Assembly (NCBI GenBank): GCA_036172245.1
Contig: JAYWIR010000116.1
Location: 1-64,000, forward strand
DNA length: 64,000 nucleotides
Direction: 5' to 3'
Origin: Raillietiella orientalis
Lineage: Eukaryota
Position 1 is the first letter of the stretch. Each line of letters begins with the position of its first letter. Shown here in pieces: positions 38,027 to 48,488 of this stretch. Position numbers and translations under genes: made by a program. The notes beneath the pieces are model-generated. The model was not told the DNA's origin. It saw nothing but the letters and a program-made list of their open reading frames with translations, and did not search any database.

Positions 38027-41000
38027 TGCTACAGGGTGGACGTGTTTTCTCGGTGCTCCTCGTGCCAGAAAGTCTCCCCCAGTGCAAGCAACGTGTGGTT
38101 CGGTGGTCGATCAGGCAGCGATGCCTGACGCGACCACCAGAAATGGCCAGGGGGCAGCGGCAACGCCGCCCCCAGAAGCGATGGAGAGCCAGGGGGCGGC
38201 GGCAACGTCGCCCCCAGAGGCGATGGAGGTGGGGGCATCCGCCCCCACAGAATCGGTCCCCGCTGCAGCGCGGGCGTGAAGCGCCGTTGTGTCGGCGCCA
38301 TCGCCTGCAGCCGCGGCGGAATTGTCGGCCTATGTAGAGGAGGGGTACAACCCATCATTGTTCTACAAGGTAGGCAATTTATATTCTTTAGAGAGCGCGC
38401 GCGCCTTCTCGAAGGGCATGCGCGCTCTCGATGTGAAACAGGAGGAGCTCAGCGCTATGACCATCAGCAGCGGGGCTCAGTACGTTGAGGTTATCTGCAA
38501 ACATGCAGAGCTGGCCCAACGACTGCTTAAAACCCCCGTTGTGATGGGGACGCGCAGGCTTCTCCCCACTACTGCGGACCGCAGCATGGTGGTCCACCTG
38601 TTAGGCGTGACCGCGCGAATGCGCAAAGAACAGGTTCGCGCCGCTTTGGAACAGTTTCGAACGGTCCACGCGCAGTGAACGAAAGTTAGTCCTTTCGAGG
38701 ACTACACAAGGCTGCAACACGGCCTCACTGCTGCGCGCGTGACCGTTCGGGAGGGCTGCACTCTTCCCCACAAACTGGTGGTCGAAGGCGAAACCGTCGA
38801 ACTCTGGTATGTGGGGAAGCCGAAATACTGTGGCTTCTGCAATACGTCGGGCCACCTCAAAATGAGGTGTCCCAATGTGCAGTGCCAAGTATGCGGCACA
38901 ATGGGCCACACGAGGGAGGTGTGCCCAAAAGCAGCAGTGCGGGTGGTTTCCAAGAGAATCCTTAAAAAACGCGCCCGGCTTCTGCAGAAAAGACTGGCGG
39001 CGAAAGCTGCCGCGAAGGCTGTGCCACACGCGCCCAAGACCCAGGCCGCACCCGAGACCCCGGCGACCAACGCCGAAAAAGTTGAGGGAGCCGGCCAGGA
39101 GACTGAGTGGCAAGTGGCAACAGCCAAAATATCAAAGAAGGAGAGGAGGATGGAAAAGAAAATCGCCTACCAACAGAAGAAGAAAGAGCAGGGTAGCGCG
39201 ATAATTAAAGAGTGCAGCGTCGTTGTCGAACGCGTTCTCGATGTTGCCGAACGCTGCTGGAAAGAACTCGCGCTACCAACGACCTCCCCTCTGTTGACAC
39301 AGTCAACAGCGAGGGGAGCGAGCCGGCGGCGGCGTCCGTCATCGACACCACCATCGATGACGTAGCCTTCGCGCGAGCCGCGGAGGAGCTGGCAGCCTCG
39401 TTGCAGCCAGAACCCTCCAAGCCTGGCAAGAAGGCCGTAAGGCGTCCGGTCTCCCCTCAGGAGTCCCTCACTTCCGACTCCGAGGTGGAGGCCGGAAGCG
39501 GAGCCTCCGTTTCCACGGCACCGCGCAAGAAGGCTGGACGTAAGTCCACAAATCCAAGGAAGCTCGCCTTCCCCGTCGAAGAGGACGAGATGGCTTCCGC
39601 AAGCGAGGGTGCCATGAGCGTGGGAAACTCTCGGGACCCGTCGCCCGAGAGACTCCCACGCGCGGACACGGAGGGGATGGAGGGGGTGGAGGCCGAACAC
39701 GTGCCTCAGGTGCCTGAGAAGGCCGAAACCCCCATGAACATCCCGCCCGCCTCGCAAGAGGAGGGCTCCGCCACACCTTAATCTTCCCAGCAGTAATGCC
39801 GGGAATCTCCTCACGTCGTCGTCTGCGCATCGCCGTTTGGAACGTGAACGGCATGACAGACGCCGGCAGGAGACGAGACATGGCCCCCTTCTGGAGTCCT
39901 ACGACCTTGCGCTGCAGCAGGAGATCCACGTGAACTCTGTAGAACAAGCGCAAGACATCGAACGGATCTCCGGAGGGCGGCTATGGTACAGGTGTGGGAG
40001 AGCGAAAAGTTGCGGTGTCGCCTACCTGCTTCGGCCAGCCGTCGAGGCCGCGGCTCGGGGCGTGCGGTTCGACGATCACGGTCGTGTCGGCCAGCTGACT
40101 CTCAGGTGGTCCGACTAGATCGATCTGATCGTCACGAACGTGTACGCACCGAGCGGCAAGGACCTGATGAACAGGAGGGCGAGGAAAGAGTTTTTCCTTG
40201 CCCTCCGGCGAGACTGGCTGACCGAAGCAGGCGTGCGGAATGCCCATCTGGTTGCAGGCGATTATAACGTTCGCCTGAAACCAGATGAGCAGAATCCCGA
40301 GCGTGACCTGGTCAACGAGGTGTGCATGGCGGTGCACACCTGTAATCTGTTGGCCAGTGCACCGGGGATGGAAGACAGCATTGACCACGTGTTTCTTGAC
40401 GAGCACCTGTACCCTCGCGTGGGCAGGCGCGGCAAGTTACCGTGCGAGCTGTCAGACCATCGCCCGCTAGTCCTCGAGATCCATCCGCGCGACACAGGCC
40501 CCCCCTCGTCAGCGTGGCGTCTCCCAGGGGACTGGCTGAAGCTCCCGGACGCGGCGGAATATCTCCGCACGTTCATACGGAGATTCAGTCTGCGGACACT
40601 CCAGGATTGGGACCGCTTCAAACGGTCGGTCCAGGAGTTCTGCGACTAGTTCCCTCTGCACCGCCTACCCACGGGTTTTGGGACCGGGGTCCGTAACGAA
40701 CGAGCCCACCTGCAGGCCCGTCGTTACGCCAGGACCCTCGACATCCGCAGGCTGGCGAAATACAAAGCGAAAGCCGAGAGGCAAGCCTGCCAGTCCGGAT
40801 CGGCCAGCTTGCTGGACGATCAGGGCCAGGAGCACTCGGCACCTGCCAAAATCCGCGGCCTGCTGCGGAGTTACTACTCCTCCCTGTATGCCAGGGCACC
40901 TCCGGAGAGGAACGTCTCACGACTCCTGCTTCCAGAAGGCGCTCCAGCGATCGGGGAGTAGCAGAGAAAGACCCTCGACGAGCCTTTAACGATGGACGAG

Positions 41001-41420
41001 ATCCTCTCGGCCATCGGAAAGCTCAAGAGGCGAAAGGCTCCAGGGGAGGACGGCTTGCCCGCGGAGTTTTATCAAACTTTCGCGGCTGAGGTTACCCCCC
41101 TGGTACAGCAACTCACCTTGCTGATACGCGACACAGGTGACGTTCCCGCCTCGTTTCGTTCGGCAAAGCTGCGGCTCCTCCCTAAGCGAGGAGGTCTGAG
41201 GAGCATGAACAACTGGAGTCCCATCACAATAGTGAATGCGGACGCCAAGTTGGTGGCTAAGGTTTGGGCAGAGCGTCTGGGACGGGTTGCCAACATCTTC
41301 ATGAGCCCGGGACAGACATATGCTGTTCCCGGGCGAAGCATGGAGGCGAACCTTTTCCTCGCTTCCACCTGGCTAGAGCTCCAACATGAAAGGAGATTGG
41401 TGCGCAGCCGGAATTCCGGT
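38027..41420 (+). mobile_element. Element A2: 5' UTR, ORF1 (38121-39796) and ORF2 from 39796, truncated before the RT KAFD motif
   Basis: Near-identical inverted copy of A1 19640-23037; MPDATTRNGQG; TAATG junction at 39794-39798. Confidence 0.93.
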
Positions 41421-42968
41421 CAGTCCGTCAGTCATGCGACGGATGGTAGGATGGAGGAGATCCACTCCCTGCCCTGCAGGCGGCCTCAAAGTGGGGTTTC
41501 AGATTCTTCCTTTCCCTTCCTTTTCACACCTCTGCGCGTGCATCCATGTGCTCGCGAAGAACAGTTTGGCATCCATACTTCGCCCGGCAACAGCATATGT
41601 CTGCTCCGGGCTAATTATGGATTCTGCCACCTGCCCCAGACGCGAAGCCCATAGCACAGCAACCAACTTGGCGTCCGTATTCACAATCGTGATCGGACGC
41701 CAGTTGTTCAATTTTTTAAGGTCTCCCCCTTTCGGAAGGAGCCTCACTCTGGCTGACCGAAACGAGGCGGAAACATCGCCTTCGTCTCGGATCAGCCTTG
41801 GCATCTGAAGCAGCAGGGGTGCCAGCTCTTCCGCGAAGCTCTGATAGAACTCCGCGGGAAAGCCGTCTTCCCATGGAGCTTTCCGCCTCTTGAGCCTTTT
41901 GATACCGGCGAGAATTTCGCCGGTGGTAAAAGGCTTATCGAGGCTTAACGACTCCTCCACCCCTATTTCTGGGGCACCATCCGGAAGCAAGAGCCGCGAG
42001 GCTTCTTGATCCGGGGGCGCCCTGGCGTAAAGGGAGGAATAATAACTCCGCACGAGATGCCGTACCGACGCCGGGGACGAACATTCCTGGCCCTGGTCGT
42101 CCAGCAAGCTGGCCAACCCGGATTGCCAGGCTTGGCGTTCGGCCCCGGCGCGGTACTCGGCCAGGCGACGGAAATTAGGGGTTCGCTCGTACCTTCGAAC
42201 CTGTAAATAGGCCCGATGGTTGCGAGGACCCGCGCCGAATCCGGATGGCAGGCGGTCCAGGGGGAACTGCTCGCAGAACTCCCGGACCGATTCCTTAAAA
42301 AGGTCCCAGTCTTGGAGATTCCGGAGCGTGACGCCTCTCAGGTATTCGCGAAGGTGTTCCTTCGTACCTGAGAGTCGCGTCCAGACCCCTGGCAGACGCC
42401 AGTCCCTGGATGGAGGTCCTTTGTCGCGAGGCCGCATCTCGAAAATTAACCGGGAATGGTCCGACAACGTTGACGCAACCCTCCCCCGTTTGCCGACCCT
42501 TGAACACAGGTCAGCGTCGAGGAAGACGTGCTCAATGCTGCGGACCATTCCCCTCTCACCCGCGAACAAGTTGCGCGCACGCATGGCGGCGCACAACTCG
42601 TTCATCGCGTTCACTTGTGTTTCCGGCTCACCTGTTAGCAGGCGGAGATTGAAATTTATCACCCGGTCACGCCGGGGCGTTTATTAATAATAATAAACTG
42701 GTCAGGGACAATGTCCTTAACCAACAGAACGACAGAGAACATAGAAAAATTACCGGCACGCAGGCCTGGTAAACAAACCGCTCGCAGCGCGGGAGGAATG
42801 AGGGGAAACAAACAAAAATCAAAACCTGGAGGGAAGGGTAACGGGTTTTTGGTTAGGCTCCGTAATCACGGGGATTTACACGATGAGCACCTAAAAGGTT
42901 CCGAAGCCTATGGGGACGCATGTGTAAAAAGAAAATACAAATTTAGTTTATGGAGGGTAGGGCAATGA

Positions 42969-45900
42969 TCATCGGGTTGGCCGCTGATGAGAATGTGTAA
43001 ACCGGCGGTGTATTGCGGAGAGATTCCTCTTTGTCTCCTCTGTCAAATGAGGCCATCTAGCGGATGCTCCCATGTAGAAAGATGCTTTGCTGATAACCTC
43101 TTGGTGCTGTCCGTTGATCACCAACGCCTGGCGGACGGAAACTATCGCGCGTATGCAACCGATGGTTGCAATCCTTGCGCTTAGTGAAAGCCCGCTCGGC
43201 GTGAAGAATCGTCGCAGCAAGTCTCTTGCGGTGTCCACGGGATGCAATAGTGCTGTTGCCAGCCTACGCCACAGTCCTTGTAGGACACCGCAGTCCAGAA
43301 GTAGGTGCGGAATCGACTCCGTCGATCCGCACCGAACGCAGTTCGCAGACGCAAGTCCCCCGGAGTCACGATGCCAACGCTCGTTGCACTGAAAACCCCA
43401 GTGAACGAAAAGCAGCACGGCTTGTTTCCAAGCAAGGGGGAGCAGCGAACTGTCAATACACTGTGGAGGGACTACAAGTTCTTCTGCCCATCGGAGGAGT
43501 CCCTTTGCAGTAACACGAGGAGTGGCGGCGTCCGCCAACTCACTTGTCTTCCAGGTGCCAAGGAGTTTGGTTCTTCCCGCTATCGTGCAGGAAACCTCCC
43601 AACTCGCCGGTTGGTAACTGTCGTTTCTTGCCCTGAGAGCAGACAGCGCTGCGGCAAGAGGCGTGGCAGCCAGGGTAGAAAACTTCACCTCGTCCTGCAG
43701 TACTTCTTCCAAGAATCGTGGAAAAAATTGGCGCAGGGGGCGAAGACCTTCAGGGCGTATTCCTTGGAACGCCGCCCAGGATTCAACAGACTCCTGCTGC
43801 CAAGCTTCAAAGTTCATTGGGCGGCAGGAGATCCAAGTGTGTGCTTCCAGAAGTGCGGTCAACTGCCGCAATGGAAAACCGAAACACCGCTTCCTGTATT
43901 CAGTGCCCGGCAAAAGCGAGAGAAATCCTCCGCTGCCGGCGCATCTCCGCAGGAGAATGCGAGCTGGCACACACAGGGGGGATGTCCATAGCTGGGCACA
44001 CAGTGCCAGCAGTCGGAACTGCACCTGCAGTCCGATTCGCACCATTGTCAGGATACCCAAACCAGCATCCCGACGCGGAGCTGACAAATCTTTAAGGCGG
44101 ATCCTGGATCTCGCCGGACCCCAGAGAGCGTTCCTGAGCAGGCGCTTAGCCCGCTGTTTTGCCGCATAGGGGGGGTCCAAAACAAAAAACAGGGGACGGA
44201 GGAGGGGGGCCACAAAGGTGTTCCAAATAGTCGCCCGTTCCTGCAAGGTAATCTTGCCGTTAAAGAACGGGCTGATGGCCAACTCTGCTTTCTGAAGACA
44301 GTTCGCCCACGCTTCGGCTGCGCCGAAAGCGCCCAACGGAACGCCAAGGTACTTAAAGTACCCGCCGGTGGGGATCCCCAGGCGGATCCAGTCGGACTGC
44401 CCCTCCCACGACGTACCCACAGGAACGACCACGCTCTTCTCTCTGTTCACGCTCACGCCCGCTCCCCGACGAATCAGGTCGAAGAAATCCTCCACACTGG
44501 ACGCCGGGGTGGACATGGGGAGCAGAAGAAGCAGGTCATCAGCGTAGGCGGCCACGGCAGGCGTTCCCGGGCAGGAGCTTGGCAAGTGAGACAGCGTCAG
44601 CCTGTATGCACTTAGCACCAACTCAAAGAAGATGCTGAAGAGCAACGGGCTTAAGCTGTCGGCCTGTCGGATGCCCCTACGAACGGGAATACCATACACG
44701 CTGCAGCCGCTAAAAGTGATGCAGGTTAGCGCGTGCCGCCAGCACGCGCGCAAATACAGCAGGAGTTGCGCCGGGAACCCAAGGCGTTCCATAAGCTCCA
44801 AAAGCAGCTTCTGGTTTACGCAGTCGAACGCCTTGTGGAGATCGACCGCGACCGCCAAGGCACCTGGCTTTCCCTTCTGCCGTCGGCGCCTGTTCTTTTT
44901 GCCTGCGGCAGTGACTTTCGCAGCAGCCTGGCTTCGCTGCGCCACAACTTCCTGCAGCTGCATCCATGTACGCGCGAAAAGGATGTTCGCCTCCATGGAT
45001 CGCCCCGGAACCGCGTAGGTTTGTTCCGGGCTCACCACAGATTCCGCGATTCTTCCTAACCGCGCGATTTACAGCTTGGAAAACAACTTGACGTCCGAGT
45101 TCACCAAGGTGATCGGACGCCAGCTGCTAAGTTGGCGCAAGTCTCTGTCTTTCGGCAGGAGACGCACCTTCGCTGAGCGGAAGGAATCGGGGACATTCCC
45201 GGATTCACTCATCAGCGTCGCGAGTTTCAGCATCAAGGGAATGAGCTCCACTGCAAAGCACTGATAAAACTCTGCAGGGAGCCCATCCTCGCCTGGCGCC
45301 TTTCGTCTCTTCAGCCCAGCGATGGCGGACGAAAATTCATCCGCCGTGAAGGGCTCGTCGAGACGTTCGCGTTCCTCCTCGCCGACAACACGAGCATCCT
45401 GAGACAGGAGTATCTCAGAAAGAATATCCTCCGTCGGGGATTCCGCGTAGAGCGAGGAGTAGTAGCGTCTCACAATGCGGCGTACTTCGGCTGGGGCCGA
45501 ACATTCCTGGCCCTTGTCGTCCAACAGGCATGCTGCTCCGGACTGCCAGACCTGGCGCTCGGCTTTCGCCTTGTACTCTGCGAGACGCCAGACATCCGCG
45601 CGTCTCGAAAACGTGCGCGCCTGCAGAAAGTCTCTACTGTTGGCCACGCCCTCTCCAAAACCGCGTGGAAGCCGGTGCAAGGGGAATTGGCAACAGAACT
45701 CGCGGACAGATCTTTTGAGATCGTCCCAGTCCGCAAGTTCTTGAATGGCAAAGCCCCGGAGGTATCCACGTAGATGCTCCGCAGCCTCCGGTTGGCTAAG
45801 TCAATCCGCTTGCATCCTCCAGCTTTGCAACGGAGGCCCCCTGCCTGGCGGAAGGATCTCAAACTCCAACCTGTGGTGGTCAGAAAGCTCAGTCAACAAT

Positions 45901-46541
45901 CTTCCTCTCCTACCCACACGCGAATGCAGGTTTTCATCGAGGAAAACGTGATCGAGCGATCTTTCCATTCCAGGTTCGCTGACCATCAAGTTGGCGGCGT
46001 GCACGGACGCGCACATCTCGATGGTCAGCGCGCGCTCCCTCGGGCGGCTCCAATCGTCGGAGAGCAGGCGGACGTTGAAGTCCCCAGCGACGAGGTGCGC
46101 CACTTGGAAGCCGGAGCTGTTGAGCCACTGGCTCTGCACCTCACCAAAGAAAGCTACTCTTTCTTCGAGGTAGCGAGAGCCACTCGGCGCTTAGACGTTC
46201 GTAACGACGAGATCGATGGACTCGGACCACTTGATGACAAGCTGGCCTATCCGTCCGTTGTCATCGAAACGAACACTACGCACCGCTTCCGCCATTTTTC
46301 CTCTTACGAGGAACGCGACGCCGCACGTGTGTGCGCCGCCGCACCGCCAATGAAGCGTTCCGCCTGCGCGCTCCTCGATTTCGGCTGCCTGCTCGTCGGA
46401 GATTACGTGAATCTCCTGCAGCAGCGCGAGGTCGAAGGGGCGCAGGGCGTTGGCTACTAATCGCCTCTTCTCGTCGTTCTGCAGTCCGTTCACGTTCCAA
46501 CACGTTACGGACAGACGACGAGAAGACGCGATTCCCCGCAT
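42969..46541 (-). pseudogene. E ORF2 (APE-RT-zinc finger) with a few stops
   Basis: WNVNG, LQEIH, AGDFN, SLDHVF, SDH; 689-aa ORF with DLHKAFD, AYADD and CVRCGSTESIPHLLLDC. Confidence 0.93.
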
Positions 46542-48488
46542 TACTGCTGGGAAGGTGGCGGCTTTTTGCTCGCTTTATCCGGCGAGTAGACGGCGAGCAG
46601 CACGACTGGCAGGCGGGGACGGTCGCCACCGTCCTCTGTCGTGCTGCATGCATGTAATGCCTCCACGCCAGGCTGAACCCCGTCGGGTTTCGTGGAGACT
46701 TCGCGTTGCTTCGCGGCGAGCGTTGCCTGGCTGCCTACTTTTGATCGGCGCGCACACGCTTTCGAACGAGTTGTCCTCGTCTCGGTGATCGGAACGGCAT
46801 CCATTTCGGAGTCCGACCGGCGCATGTTCGATCGGGTTTCGGCCTTCCGCGAAGCAGTGACAGGTTCTGCTGGATTGACAGCTGTCCTGTTGTCTTTTTC
46901 CGTCTCCAGAGCATCGCTTTTGGTGACGGCTGCTTTCCCGGCGCGCGCGTTTTCAGCGTGCTCACGCGCAGTTGCACGAGGGACCTTTGCTGAAGTCTTC
47001 TTTACTTCATTACGGTTCCTCACTTCGCGTGGCGCCGTAAATGGAGATTGTGCTCCATTGCCATCTTTGAAGCCATCAGCGTCTTTGGACGGGAGCACTT
47101 TCGATGGCTTCGACACGCTCGTCATGGACGCTGCTTTCCGAAGGGCTTTCAATCCCTTCGTTGGCATGGCATCCGCGCCAGTCGAGAGCTTGCTCTCCGA
47201 CTGCGACGGCGTGAGATTTTTCTCCGCTTTCGCGGTGTTGGATCGCGACGCGGATTTTTTTTTGCCGACTTTCGAAGTCGACACGGCACAACCCTTCTTA
47301 CCCGATTTGGGCTTCTCAGCCACTGCAGGAGGTGAAGGAATGGATCTGACGGTACTGGAAGTGTCCTTACCGCCGTTGTCCATTGGCATCCCCGCCGGTC
47401 GCTCGAACTCCGAAAGAGCCGGGCGTGCTTGGGAAGGACAGCTATTGCGCCTAGGGGGACTTACCATTGCCCCGGATTCCCCGCACCCTTTCTTTTGCGA
47501 CTCCCCTGCCGCGAGAGGGGGCGCGCAGGACTTCGCGTGCGAGGTTTCCTGCTGCTTTGAAGCGACATTCCGCCTCGCGTTTTTTCGGAATTTCTGCCTT
47601 GGGGTCTCCAGATTTTTCGCAGATTTTTTCTTTTTATCCGCGCTTTGTTTCTTAAGATGAAGCTCCGCGGCTGCCTTTTTTCGCAAAAGATCCGGGCAAT
47701 TTTTCAATTGGTGCCCGGATAGTTTGCAATAACGGCATTTTCCAGAGGGGCATTTATCCAAACAATGCCCCTCCCTCCCGCATTGCTCGCACGTTCTTAC
47801 TTTGCCCGCGAACCACAGGTGAACGACCGTGTCTTTCACTTGTAGTTTCGTGGGCAGCAGACGGCGGTCCGGCATTGTAAGCCGGACTCCATCGACTCCG
47901 CTGTGTATGGACGGGAAGTCCTTGAGGTTGCTACGCATCCTCCACAGCGCATGGACCGTGGCGAATTTCGCCAACGCGTTCCGAATATCAATATCGGATT
48001 TTTCCGACTCGATGTCGAAAATCTCCGCCACAAATGAATCGTCCATGGCGTCCGGGAAGACCTTCTGCCCACGGATCGACAACGGGTGGCGCAGCAAAGC
48101 GTTGCACAAGTGCAGCGTCTTTGCAACGCACCTTGAAATAGCCCATGTCTTTTACGGGCATAATGGCGAGAAGGTCCTCCTCCCGCACGCCAACAAGGGT
48201 CAGTTCATCGTTGAACTGATTCCCGTCGCGCGCAGAAAGAAAACCACTCAACTTATATCGGAGAGCAGGTCTATAGCCTTGGGCTACGTATGCCCGCAAC
48301 TCCGACTCGTCGAGTGGTTTCCCTTTGACGGCTGCTGTGGCAGCAACGTCAGCAAAACTCCTCTCCATTGGCGAGAAAGACGAAGTGGAGGCGGCCGTAG
48401 GTTCCGCGATTGCAGATCCGGATGCCGTTCCTCCAACTTCAGTAGCTTCAAGTTGGGTCGACATCGTCGTCAAAATGTACGACGCCAA
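46541..48488 (-). pseudogene. E ORF1 (gag-like, two CCHC knuckles, long basic tail), one frameshift near 48110
   Basis: 166-aa plus 522-aa ORFs; CEQCGREGHCLDKC and CRYCKLSGHQLKNC. Confidence 0.88.

Noticed and set aside
19640..41420. A1/A2 3.4-kb inverted repeat as terminal inverted repeats of a giant DNA transposon
   Set aside because: Each copy has its own retrotransposon 5' junction at a KAFD site, and no transposase was seen.
42656..42690. The shared GC hairpin as an RNA-gene target (snRNA, tRNA or rRNA) rather than part of the element
   Set aside because: It lies inside the TSDs of A1, D1 and E, so it belongs to the element. No RNA gene was recognised in the window.
42969..45038. RT as a bacterial group II intron, retron or DGR enzyme
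   Set aside because: It is fused to an APE domain and C-terminal zinc finger behind a CCHC ORF1, with TSDs and 5' truncations, which is non-LTR retrotransposon architecture.
41499..48488. Intact, currently active element
   Set aside because: Every ORF1/ORF2 pair in the window, including E, has at least one stop or frameshift, though sequencing error cannot be excluded.
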